The notes beneath the pieces were generated by a model that worked only from the letters and a program-made list of their open reading frames with translations, did no database searches and was not told where the DNA came from. Shown here one piece after another: positions 41,385-50,727 of a DNA stretch of 64,000 nt; position 1 is the first letter of the stretch, and the number at the start of each line of letters is the position of its first letter. Source of the DNA: Polyangiaceae bacterium (GTDB lineage Bacteria; Myxococcota_A; Polyangia; Polyangiales; Polyangiaceae). The DNA is taken from positions 64,008 to 128,007 of the forward strand of contig JBNKBE010000008.1 of the NCBI GenBank assembly GCA_050287085.1, read 5' to 3'. The position numbers and the translations under genes are program-made.

Positions 41385-42326
41385 CTAGGCGGCGAGCGCA
41401 GCCTTGCGCTCGGCGCTCAACCAAGAGGCGCCAGTGGCTGAGCTCATGGCTCGAAGCTGCGCCTTCAGTTTGCCCTTGGCGCGTGCCTCCAGCTGCCGAG
41501 CTCGTTCACGCGACACTCCAAGGTGACGTCCGATGTCCGCCAGTGTGAGCTTGTCTTCCGCGTCTGCCATGAGCCGCTGTTCCACGATGTATTGTTCTCG
41601 CGGATCAAGCTGCGTCATCGCGTTGTCCACGGCACTTCGCAGTTCGTCCGTGACCTGGCGTTCGCTTAGCACAGACTCCTGATTGGCACCGGGCTCCACC
41701 AGACGATCACCGAGCGTTTCGGCGGCATCGGAGAATGCCCGTTGATCCAAGGACAGGTCTCGCGCTTCCAGCTGGAGCAGCATCTGGCGAACGTGGTCTG
41801 TTGAGACGCCCATTCGTTCAGCCAACAGTTCTTCACGCTTGTTGCTGTCGTCCGTGAGCTGGGCGACTTGCGCTCGCTCTTTGCGCAGGCGGAAAAACGT
41901 CTTCGAACGCAACGCGCCGGAGCCAGCTCCCACCATGCTGTAGGACTTGATGATGTAGTTCAGGATATAGGCGCGAACCCAGTAGCCCGCGTAGGTGACG
42001 AAGCGAAACCCGCGGTCGGGGTCAAACTTCGTCAGGGCGTGTGCCAGGCCGAAATTGCCTTCAGCGACCAACTCGTCAACGGGGACGCCATAGCGGCGGT
42101 ACTTGCGCGCCATGGCTACAACGAAACGCAGATGGGCCCGTACGAGTTGATCTCCGGCCTTCTTGTCGTCGTGGTCTTTCACGCGCTTGGCCAGGCGATA
42201 CTCCTGCTCTCGCGTCAGGCCATAGGTGGACGAGGAAGCGGGACGCGCGGGTTTCGACTGGGTGGGGATTTCGAAGACTTCGCGTTCGACGAGGTCCGTG
42301 GTGGAGGAGTGGGGCGAGAGGTACAT
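41385..42326 (-). CDS. RpoH (sigma-32)-family RNA polymerase sigma factor
   Basis: AHLRFVV, ELVAEGNFGL, FDPDRGFRFVTYA, RpoH-box-like SKTFFRLR, GVSRERARQLE. Confidence 0.92.
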   Translation of the reverse strand: MYLSPHSSTTDLVEREVFEIPTQSKPARPASSSTYGLTREQEYRLAKRVKDHDDKKAGDQLVRAHLRFVVAMARKYRRYGVPVDELVAEGNFGLAHALTKFDPDRGFRFVTYAGYWVRAYILNYIIKSYSMVGAGSGALRSKTFFRLRKERAQVAQLTDDSNKREELLAERMGVSTDHVRQMLLQLEARDLSLDQRAFSDAAETLGDRLVEPGANQESVLSERQVTDELRSAVDNAMTQLDPREQYIVEQRLMADAEDKLTLADIGRHLGVSRERARQLEARAKGKLKAQLRAMSSATGASWLSAERKAALAA

Positions 42327-42797
42327 TGAGGGCTCCGGGGACAGGGTCTGCGGGGTCCAACCGGCCCCGAGCAGCCATTATTCCTGTGTACGCGCAGAAA
42401 GTGCGACAGGTTGCAAATTGCCCCGAAATCGATGGCAGTCGTTGCGGTGTTCAGAGCCTGAGGAGCTGCTGCTTGTGCCGCGCGAGCGCGTGCCTGTGGG
42501 CGTGGAACGTGGCGAATCGCCCCGTAGCAGCCCGGACCTGGACGAGAGATTATATGCGGCCAGGGGGCCGGTGAGCGTTGGGAGTTCCGCATCGGCGTCG
42601 CGGCCCTTCGCCCGTGCGGCGACCCACGGCGTGACACAACGGAATGCCCGCGGCCGCGCGGCTCTGCCCTGGCCATCGCGGCGGAACCTGGTCTGCTCGG
42701 GCCCTCCTGCCGAGCGTTGAGGGTGGAACCTCAGCGGTTCCTCTGCTGCACCGCGAGCCAGCGTCGGTGCGCCCGTCCCGGGTGGAAGTCTGGGGTA

Positions 42798-43121
42798 TTA
42801 GACGTTGAACGAAGAGCCGCACCCGCAGGTGCTACTGACGTTGGGATTGCCAAACTTGAAGCCGGCGCCCATGGCCCCTTCGACGTAGTCGATCTCGGTC
42901 CCATCGAGGTACTGGAAGCTCAAAGGATCCACCAGCAAATCGACGCCTCTCGACTCGAAGCGCTCATCAAACTCCGTCGGATTCTCTTCGAAGTACAGGT
43001 CGTACTGAAAGCCAGCACACCCCCCGCCGATGACACGAAGTCTCAACCCCTGTCCCTGAAGACCCTCTTCCTTGGCGATTTCCTTGACCTTTTCGGCGGC
43101 GACCTGAGTGATTGATATCAT
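42798..43121 (-). CDS. A-type Fe-S carrier (HesB/IscA/ErpA family)
   Basis: GGGCAGFQY, NPN..STCGCGSSF. Confidence 0.95.
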   Translation of the reverse strand: MISITQVAAEKVKEIAKEEGLQGQGLRLRVIGGGCAGFQYDLYFEENPTEFDERFESRGVDLLVDPLSFQYLDGTEIDYVEGAMGAGFKFGNPNVSSTCGCGSSFNV

Positions 43122-43289
43122 GGTGGGCAACTCTCCGGGCCAATTGGACGTAGAACCTTCAGCTCCACTTGTAAAGGGGCACGGACGCTAAAGGTCGTTG
43201 GCGTCGAGAGCGCCTACCGCTTCCCGGCCTCAGCGGGCGGGCGCGAACGTCAGCGGCTCATCCGGCTCGGGGCCCGCCAAGCGACGCTC

Positions 43290-45050
43290 TCAGCGCAGCC
43301 GGTCCAATACGAACTCGGTGGCCACTTCCGGCAGCGGCCCCGTGCCCTCGTCGGGCAGCTCTTTCACGCCGGTGGTGCGGCCATAGACGCGGAGCGCAGC
43401 GCCTGCTCGGAGGGGATGGGGCCCGCGGTGGTCCAGGCGGACGACACAAGGCGGGGTGGAGCAGTCGATGGCCTGAAACAAGGCCTGCCGGGCCGAGCCC
43501 TCGGCGTGCACTTGCGTGACGATCCCGCGCAGGGCCACACGCGCCCCAGCATCTAGCCCGACCAGACCGGCCGCGTCCTGGAAACGCGGCCACCGAAGCG
43601 CTTCGAGCGCGAGATGGGTCACGCGGGTGGTCGTCAGCTGCACGCGTCTTCCGCCGTGGTTTGCGAGCGTGGCCACGACCTCCCATTGCTGCGCGGGGGA
43701 GCTCGAGGCCGGAGCCGGCGGCGCGGCTGCCAGTGGCAGCTCGATGCGAAAGCGCCCGCTCACATCGGCAACGGTAACGCGGCTGCCGACGGAAACACGA
43801 GCCCCTGGGCTCGTAGCACCCGTGAGCTCGAGTTGGTCTTGGTCGGTGATGGTGCGAGCGCCCGGCGTGTCGAGCACGAGGGGCACAACCGGAAAGGTGA
43901 CGCTCGAGGTGCCGGTTTGCGGAGCACGACCCGGGAGCTCAACTTCGTAGGCAAGCGTGCGCCGCCCCATCGTTGGTTCGGCCCTGGGGCCCTCCTCCAG
44001 CTCGGGCAAGGTATAGCGGTAGGCACTCTGGCTAAGTCGATGGGCTTCAGCGCCGATGCGCACGATCGCGCCGGGCACGGCTTCGATGCTCCAGGTGGGC
44101 CCGGAGTTGGTGGCGATGTCACTCAGGTCGGGGGTGATCCTGAAATAGACTGGCAGTTCGAAGCTGAGGGTTTCGTCCCGCCCCCAGTTGGGGCGGTCGA
44201 TGGTCAGGGGCAGCTTTGAGATCCCGATCGGTAGGGGTTTCTCCAGCGGAAATGTTGCGACGCCGTCGTCGGTGAACCTTCGCTGATCGCGAAAGGCAAG
44301 CTCGGTACCGTCGGGGCAGTCCGCACATTGGATTCGCAAGGCTTCCGCCCGATGGCGTGTCTCGAGGGTGACCAGCATCGGTGGGCTCACGGGAGCCAGC
44401 AGCGAGAACAGCCCAAGTCCTAGCAATAAGAGCACTGAGAGCCCGATCAACACCCAGCCACTGCGTGCGCCGCGAATCCTTCGGCGAGTGGTGAACGTGG
44501 GGTCCGGAGGTGGCGTCTCGGCACCCTGGGAACTCGGAGCCGTCGGATGATGTGCGGTCCAGGCGGTACTGGCGGGTGCACGCCCACTGCTCGTTTGGGG
44601 GTCCGAAGTCGTCTCGACCGGAGCGTGCCCTGCCGAGACGTTGGGTTGGGCATCCGGGACGGCGCGGGCGCGCTCCTGCGGCGTGCGTGCGGGGGGAGCT
44701 TCGGCCTCGATGGGCGCCGGCGTGCTCGAAGGGCGAGTGGCCGCGGCTGGTGCAATCGGCGTCACAGGCGGGATCCCGAGCAACGTGCCAGACGCTGAGG
44801 CGCGCTGTGGCTCGGGCCCTGGAGGCAGCCCCCCATGCCCCCCATGCCCACCGAGGCGCGTCGTGTCGAACTCGCGTGGGGGGGCGCTGGGGACGGATAG
44901 AGCGGGCACACCCACCAGGGTGTCATGTTCACCCGCGGTGCCGGGCACGCGTCGACCGTCCGCTGCAGAGGGGAGCGCACCACCACACCGCGCGCAGTGC
45001 CGAGCCCCTGCCAAAAGGCGTTCTCCACAGCGAGGGCAGTGCGACATCAC
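43290..45050 (-). CDS. Hypothetical membrane-anchored protein: zinc ribbon, Pro-rich linker, TM, beta-rich extracytoplasmic region
   Basis: CPRCG...CARCG; TM WVLIGLSVLLLLGLGLFSLL. Confidence 0.75.
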   Translation of the reverse strand: MMSHCPRCGERLLAGARHCARCGGALPSAADGRRVPGTAGEHDTLVGVPALSVPSAPPREFDTTRLGGHGGHGGLPPGPEPQRASASGTLLGIPPVTPIAPAAATRPSSTPAPIEAEAPPARTPQERARAVPDAQPNVSAGHAPVETTSDPQTSSGRAPASTAWTAHHPTAPSSQGAETPPPDPTFTTRRRIRGARSGWVLIGLSVLLLLGLGLFSLLAPVSPPMLVTLETRHRAEALRIQCADCPDGTELAFRDQRRFTDDGVATFPLEKPLPIGISKLPLTIDRPNWGRDETLSFELPVYFRITPDLSDIATNSGPTWSIEAVPGAIVRIGAEAHRLSQSAYRYTLPELEEGPRAEPTMGRRTLAYEVELPGRAPQTGTSSVTFPVVPLVLDTPGARTITDQDQLELTGATSPGARVSVGSRVTVADVSGRFRIELPLAAAPPAPASSSPAQQWEVVATLANHGGRRVQLTTTRVTHLALEALRWPRFQDAAGLVGLDAGARVALRGIVTQVHAEGSARQALFQAIDCSTPPCVVRLDHRGPHPLRAGAALRVYGRTTGVKELPDEGTGPLPEVATEFVLDRLR

Positions 45051-45192
45051 GGGTGACTATAACAAGCTGCCCCTGGATTTCGAGTTTCACGCCGCAGGAT
45101 CAACCCGGCTTGTGGCAGCAAGTCCTGGCAGAGGTGCCCAAAATTTGGCCCGGCGCTCGTCGCTGCGTAAGGAGATGTAGTTAGAGGTAGCT

Positions 45193-46059
45193 ATGGCATG
45201 TACATTTAGTGACATCATTCACGCTGCGACCCGGAGCGACGGAAAGCAGGTGCGTTTGCCTGCGGAGACTGCGGGTTACCTGGTGCTGGCCGCGGCTTCT
45301 TCGTTGAAGGAGAGTGAATGCTTGGACTACGCCCAGTGTGTGCTGGAGGCGAGTGGAGCCGTGACACCGGCGATCTTTCCTTCCGGCGCGCAATCGGAGC
45401 CGGCTCTGCGGCGTGGTCTGGCGGCGCTCTTGGCGGTTGCTAGTAGCCGCAATCCTGCGCTCGACGGTGCGGCCCGGTCCGAGCCGAGCGGGTTGAAGAC
45501 GCTGCTCAAGGAACTCGAAGCCGGACTGGTTCCGATCAATCGCAGCGCGGCGCGGCGAAGTCTGGTTCGGCTGCACCGCCAGGTGGAACAGGCCATGGAA
45601 TGCGGGCTGAGCGCTTCACCCAGCATTCCGATTGTGGTCGAGGGAGAGCGGGTCGAGGAATCGAGGGACGTGGGTGCCGGACCCGATCCGGATACACCCG
45701 AAGATGTTACGCCGACGCCGGCGATCGACGCGGTCCGACGGCGGAGCAACGGCTTGAGACCGATTCCGAGCGCCGCACGGGAACTGCCGGCTTCGTTCGA
45801 GAGCTCTTTGACCCCCATGTTGGGCAGTACCGCTCAGGTGGTTCCGATCGAGTCTACCCGCTGGCCGCCACAGATGCGAGATCCCAGTCTGACTCCAATC
45901 GTACCGCCCGCGTTCGAGCCGCTGGAGGTCGAGCTTCCGGACCCGCCGGCGCTCAGCGTCAAAGAGCATACGCCGGTGCGCAGCTCGCTGCTGGAGCTGC
46001 TGGCCGCGATGAACGATCTGGCGCTCGATCAGACGCGCGAGCTGATGGAGGCCGGTTGA
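45193..46059 (+). CDS. Hypothetical protein (helical N-terminal domain, Pro/Glu-rich tail)
   Basis: GAGGT RBS, 288-aa ORF filling the gap. Confidence 0.7.
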   Translation: MACTFSDIIHAATRSDGKQVRLPAETAGYLVLAAASSLKESECLDYAQCVLEASGAVTPAIFPSGAQSEPALRRGLAALLAVASSRNPALDGAARSEPSGLKTLLKELEAGLVPINRSAARRSLVRLHRQVEQAMECGLSASPSIPIVVEGERVEESRDVGAGPDPDTPEDVTPTPAIDAVRRRSNGLRPIPSAARELPASFESSLTPMLGSTAQVVPIESTRWPPQMRDPSLTPIVPPAFEPLEVELPDPPALSVKEHTPVRSSLLELLAAMNDLALDQTRELMEAG

Positions 46060-46116
46060 ACGGGCGCTTGGGCGCTGCAAACGAGCTCATGCGCCCAAGG
46101 CAGTGGGGCTACGTCC

Positions 46117-46521
46117 TTAGGGCGAAGGCGGCTTCAGGCTGATGCTCGGCAGCGTCTGGCGCTCAGCGTGCCGTTCTAGCTCGCGCAGCAGGGCGATGGG
46201 GCTGAACGGCTTGACATAATAGGCGGTTGCACCGGCGCTCAGCGCGGAGTTGCGTGCGCTTTCGTCGGCCAGGGCGCTGATGATGACAATTGGCATCAGA
46301 CGCGTACTGGGGTTTTGCCGGAGCCGTCGGCAGACGTCTAGACCGTCGTATTGTCCTGGCATCATCAAGTCCAGCAACAACACGTCGGGGGGGTCCGTGA
46401 GCGCAATGTCGAGAGCCTTTGCTCCAGACGAGACGGCCACGACGTCATAGCCACGCGCTCGTACGAGCGCTTCGATCATGTTTCGAATCGAGTCTTGGTC
46501 TTCGGCAACGACGATACGCAT
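46117..46521 (-). CDS. Single-domain response regulator
   Basis: VVAED, LLLDLMMP, IISA, VKPF. Confidence 0.92.
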   Translation of the reverse strand: MRIVVAEDQDSIRNMIEALVRARGYDVVAVSSGAKALDIALTDPPDVLLLDLMMPGQYDGLDVCRRLRQNPSTRLMPIVIISALADESARNSALSAGATAYYVKPFSPIALLRELERHAERQTLPSISLKPPSP

Positions 46522-46549
46522 GATTGACAATCGATGAGTTGAGTCTGGC

Positions 46550-48001
46550 TCAGGCCTCGGGGGCCTCCGACGAAACGGGTCTCTGCGCGCGTTCCGTTTC
46601 CGGCGACGCGCTGGTTGTCGTGGCGGGCGAGTTATTGGACAGCTGCGAGGTGTTGGACAGCTGCGAGGTGTTGGACAGCTGCGAGGTGTTGGACAGCAGA
46701 GTGCAGGTTTCCAAGGTTGCGCTGGTGCCGAACTCGAGGTGCAACTCAAACCAGGTAGCAAGCGCGTGTGCAATCGGCAGTTCGGGCGTTACGGGCCGCC
46801 CCAGAGCGCTCGGATCGCGGGACTGCTCAAAGAGCGTCCCTTGTTGGGCCGTGGGGACATTGGGCCCCCCGTCCGTGACGCGTAGGCACCACTCGGTGGA
46901 GGGGCCATCGAGTTTGACTAGAACAGATCCATCGGGTGGGCTCGCGACCACAGCGTGCAAGAGCAGGGCCTGAACGAGCAGCTGTAGTCCTTGTTCTGGG
47001 GCGCTCACCAGCAGCAGCCTCCCGGGTGGTTGGAACACAACGCGCGGACCGGGCGCTCTGGTCATCAGGGTTGGCGCGTGCTCCGAAAATGCGCGGCAGA
47101 CGCGTTCAACGAGCGCCCCCAGATCGACGCGAATGGGCTCTTCACTCACATCCCAATTCGCGAGGTCGCCCAGCAGGGCTAGTTGCTTGTCGTGCGCGCC
47201 CCCGTTGGGCTCGCGTAGCAGGCCGGAGCGAGAGAGCGCCTGCAGAGTTCGGAGGCGTTCGAGCGCGAGGCGGGTTTGCTCATTGCGGTCCGCAGCCCGC
47301 GGCTCGGCCACCTCGCCGGAAAAGACCTCCGCGAGCTCTCGCGCGTATCGTTCGCCCAACAGCTGCGCCTGAGCGAGCTCCTGGCGCAGCGCTTCCAGCT
47401 CGTCGCGGCTGCTGTTTTCTGCGGGCAGCAGGATTGACTGGCGTTGGCCGTGCAGCTCCAGACGGCCGCCGTAACGCAAGGTCATGCGGCTCAACCAGGC
47501 GCCATCGAGCTCGGTGGGCGTGCTCGCGTCCGGACCCAGCGTCACACTGACACGCACCCAATCCCCTTCGCGTGACACCGCCACTTCGCTTGCGCTCCGA
47601 CCGCCGTGTTGCGTGTCCTGGGGCGTCCCCTGGGTCTGCGAAATAAGCACCTGAAGGATACGCTTGAAGTCTTCACTGTCGCCGTAGACTTCAGTGCCTT
47701 CCCCGGGGGCTATCCGCACGCTCCAGTCGGGCACCAACTCGTAGAGCAGGGCGGCAATGTCGATCCGGCCGCGCCGCCGCTTCTGATGGTCGTCTGTGGG
47801 TAGCCCACTGAGCAGTTGGAGGGCTTGGTCGAGCGCGTTGAGACTGGTGTCGACGGGCCGTGGGGAACGCTTGCTGGGCGGCAAGGAGCGCCGCAATTCG
47901 CTCACCTCGTCGCGCAGCGCACGCGCAGCTCCCTGCGCCTCGCGCGCGAGCAGCCAACTCAATTCCTGTCGCGTGAGGCGCCCACTTGTCACTGCCTTCA
48001 T
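46550..48001 (-). CDS. Degenerate histidine-kinase-like protein (two HATPase-like remnants)
   Basis: VYGD..DFKRILQVL, YGGRLEL, VDLGALV, LRVTDGGP.VP....LFE; no H-box His or N-box Asn recognisable. Confidence 0.65.
   Translation of the reverse strand: MKAVTSGRLTRQELSWLLAREAQGAARALRDEVSELRRSLPPSKRSPRPVDTSLNALDQALQLLSGLPTDDHQKRRRGRIDIAALLYELVPDWSVRIAPGEGTEVYGDSEDFKRILQVLISQTQGTPQDTQHGGRSASEVAVSREGDWVRVSVTLGPDASTPTELDGAWLSRMTLRYGGRLELHGQRQSILLPAENSSRDELEALRQELAQAQLLGERYARELAEVFSGEVAEPRAADRNEQTRLALERLRTLQALSRSGLLREPNGGAHDKQLALLGDLANWDVSEEPIRVDLGALVERVCRAFSEHAPTLMTRAPGPRVVFQPPGRLLLVSAPEQGLQLLVQALLLHAVVASPPDGSVLVKLDGPSTEWCLRVTDGGPNVPTAQQGTLFEQSRDPSALGRPVTPELPIAHALATWFELHLEFGTSATLETCTLLSNTSQLSNTSQLSNTSQLSNNSPATTTSASPETERAQRPVSSEAPEA
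46635..46697. repeat. 3.5 x 18-bp perfect coding tandem repeat (SNTSQL)
   Basis: ttggacagctgcgaggtg x3 + ttggacagc. Confidence 0.93.
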
Positions 48002-48144
48002 ACTGGCATGGGTTTGCGGGAGCGCCAAACGATTGGCTGTCAGGTCCGGCGAAAGACCCGATCAGACCTGCGAAGGGGGCGCACGCACGCCATTGGCCTT
48101 CCGATTTCTTGGCGCCGCCATGGCTCCGAGGGTAGAGCGCCAGG

Positions 48145-49071
48145 GTGCTGTCTAGAATCGGCGTCATTGCGCTCAATACCTACCGCGAGGCGGTGCGAGC
48201 TCGGATCCTGATAGGACTCTTCGTGTTGTCCTTGTTGACAGCGGGCTATGCCCTCGTCGTGGCGACCTACGCGTCGCGCAGCGCACTCCGCATAGTAAGT
48301 GATTTGACTACCCTAGGGATGTCTCTGTACGCAGTGCTCGTCGCTGTGGTCATGGGTGCCTCGTCGCTCTACCGCGAGCTTGAACAAAAGACGATCTTCC
48401 CGATCCTGGCTCGGCCCATTCGGCGCTGGGAGTACCTGCTTGGCAAGGTCATGGGTACGCTGCTGACGCTGCTGGTTTTTCTGCTGGGAAGTGCTGGGGT
48501 CGGCTTTGTGTGCTTGGCGATCAAAGAGCGAGATAGCTTCCTGCCGGGACTGGCTTTGATCGGCAGCTTTGGCGTCTTTGCCGCGGGGATCAAACTGCAG
48601 CGAGTTCGCAGCTGGTTGCCCATGGTGTGGGCGGGCCTGGTGTTTTCAGCGGGACTCATCTGGGCGTCCGGGGCCGCGGTGGACCGCCGCGTGATCCTTG
48701 TCGCGCTGGTCTTGTCCTGGCTCGAGGTGGCCATTGTGGTGGCCGTCGCGATGGTCTTCTCGGCCTTCAGCAGTCCATTTCTAACCGCGGTGTTGACGAC
48801 TTGGGTCTTCTTGGTGGGACGTTCGGCAGACACCTTGGCCAAACTGCCAGAGCGGGTCTTTGGGCCAGCGGTCCATGAGCTTGGAGTGGTGCTCTCCAAG
48901 GTGTTTCCGAACCTGATGGTCTACGTGCCGCCGCGACCATTGCTGGCCGGTGAGGTTGCTGCGCCCTCCCTGGGCTATTATTTGTCGCTGGCCGCCGTTC
49001 AGAGCGCCGCCTGGGTGGTATTGCTCTTGGCGGTTGCTGCGATGCTCTTTCGCCGGCGGGATTTTACATGA
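48145..49071 (+). CDS. ABC-2-type permease (PilI-like)
   Basis: IALNTYREAVR, SLYRELEQKTIFPILARPIRRWEYLLGK, C-terminal FRRRDF. Confidence 0.85.
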   Translation: MLSRIGVIALNTYREAVRARILIGLFVLSLLTAGYALVVATYASRSALRIVSDLTTLGMSLYAVLVAVVMGASSLYRELEQKTIFPILARPIRRWEYLLGKVMGTLLTLLVFLLGSAGVGFVCLAIKERDSFLPGLALIGSFGVFAAGIKLQRVRSWLPMVWAGLVFSAGLIWASGAAVDRRVILVALVLSWLEVAIVVAVAMVFSAFSSPFLTAVLTTWVFLVGRSADTLAKLPERVFGPAVHELGVVLSKVFPNLMVYVPPRPLLAGEVAAPSLGYYLSLAAVQSAAWVVLLLAVAAMLFRRRDFT

Positions 49072-49691
49072 GCTCCCCTGTCTACCTACGTCATGTTGGC
49101 TTCGCGCTGGCCTTCATGGCAGTGACGGCAGGTCTGGTTGTGGGGCGCACCTTTGAACGCGGTCGCTCTGCGATGCTCGCCAGCGATGTGGCGTTTGACA
49201 CCGGAGATGTCGAGGCGGCCCTGGCTGCCGCCGCGGAAGCCGCCCTTTGGTACGTGCCGGGTGGTGAGCACGTGCGCCGCGCCGAAGCGCGGATGAGGGC
49301 GATCGCCGCGGGGGCGGAAGCGGCCGGACGCACCGCGCTGGCCCAGCGCGCGTGGCAAGCCCTTCGGCACGCGCGACGGGAGGCGGGCAGCCCTTGGTCG
49401 CGGCGGCAGAACGCACGCGAAGCGGACGACAATGCCGCCAGGCTGCTGGCTTCGAGTGCGCAGCGACAAGGACGCGACGCCTTGGCGGAGCGAATCGTGC
49501 TGGCCTACGCGCCGCGTCCGCGTGCACCCCTCGCGGCATTCGGCTACGGCTTGGGACTGTTGCTGCTGGCGTCAGCCTGTGCATTTCTCGTTCGCGATCT
49601 TCGCCAGCGGCGTGAGCGTGCTTTCATCTTGGGCTCCTGCGCGGGAGCGCTCGGCCTATTGTCTTGGGTGCTGGCGGCGCTGATGGCCTAG
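49068..49691 (+). CDS. Hypothetical membrane protein
   Basis: One N-terminal and two C-terminal TM segments; ATGA overlap with the permease. Confidence 0.75.
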   Translation: MSSPVYLRHVGFALAFMAVTAGLVVGRTFERGRSAMLASDVAFDTGDVEAALAAAAEAALWYVPGGEHVRRAEARMRAIAAGAEAAGRTALAQRAWQALRHARREAGSPWSRRQNAREADDNAARLLASSAQRQGRDALAERIVLAYAPRPRAPLAAFGYGLGLLLLASACAFLVRDLRQRRERAFILGSCAGALGLLSWVLAALMA

Positions 49692-49698
49692 GAATTGT

Positions 49699-50673
49699 AT
49701 GGAAAGCGATCCGGTAGCCGCGCCGCTCGACGGCCGCTTGGCGCTCGAGCGTTTCGATGAATATCTGAACTCAGAGGTGCGGGCGGCGGAGGCAACGCGC
49801 CGCGCCTACGTACGGGACTTGAAGCAGCTGTTGAACTACTGCGATGAGATCCTGGGACGCCCGACCCACGTGGAGGATATCGACAAGTTCCTGCTGCGCC
49901 GCTGGCTTGGGGAACGCGCGCGCGGCGTCAAGGCTGTAACGCTCGCTCGCAAGGTGGCGGCGGTGCGTAGCTACTTCCGCTTCTTGGAGCGTTCGCTCGT
50001 TCTTCAGCACAACCCAGCGCAAGCGTTGAGCACCCCCAGGCACGGGGCTCACAAGCCCGTCTTTCTCGGCGTCGAAGCCGCGGCACGGGTGATGGATGCG
50101 CCTGCGGATTCAGGGTCCCAGGGCAGCGCGCCCGAAACCGAACCCGCCCTCTGCCGGGACGCGCTCATCTTGGAGCTGCTTTATGGCTGCGGACTACGAG
50201 TCAGTGAGCTTGTCGCGCTCGATGTTGAGAGCATTGACCGTTCCGCGGCTGAGGTGTGGGTCGTGGGTAAAGGCAATCGCGAGCGTCGGATCCCCGTAGG
50301 ACGTATGGCGCTCCTCGCGTTGGAGCGCTACTTGCCTGTGCGCGGAGCACTGTGTGCACCCCGCGCAGCGACTACCTCGGCGCTCCTGCTGAGCCGCCGC
50401 GGGGGACGGTTGGGGGTTCGGAGCGTCCAAAATCTGGTCAAACGCTATGGCCTGGCAACGGGCCGCCCCGACCTTCACCCTCACGCGCTCCGTCACTCCT
50501 GCGCCACCGCCATGCTGGAGGGGGGGGGAGACTTGCGTGCCATTCAAGAGTTTCTTGGTCACAAGAATATCTCCACAACCCAGCGCTACACGCATCTGTC
50601 GATGCAGCAACTGATGCGGGTGTACGACCTCGCCCACCCGCTCGCTGCAGATAGCGCGGAACGCGAGGGTTGA
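49699..50673 (+). CDS. xerC: Tyrosine recombinase XerC
   Basis: TRRAY..DL, LYGCGLRVSEL, GKGNRER, HPHALRHS, LGH, TTQRYTH; all catalytic residues present. Confidence 0.85.
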   Translation: MESDPVAAPLDGRLALERFDEYLNSEVRAAEATRRAYVRDLKQLLNYCDEILGRPTHVEDIDKFLLRRWLGERARGVKAVTLARKVAAVRSYFRFLERSLVLQHNPAQALSTPRHGAHKPVFLGVEAAARVMDAPADSGSQGSAPETEPALCRDALILELLYGCGLRVSELVALDVESIDRSAAEVWVVGKGNRERRIPVGRMALLALERYLPVRGALCAPRAATTSALLLSRRGGRLGVRSVQNLVKRYGLATGRPDLHPHALRHSCATAMLEGGGDLRAIQEFLGHKNISTTQRYTHLSMQQLMRVYDLAHPLAADSAEREG

Positions 50674-50727
50674 GCCCTCAGGCCAGCGGATTGTGTGCGC
50701 GAGCGAAGGCGTGTATGCCCCCGGGCC

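Noticed and set aside
49699..50673. Integrase of a prophage or island
   Set aside because: Motifs and size fit housekeeping XerC; no att repeats, tRNA, cargo or obvious compositional shift nearby.
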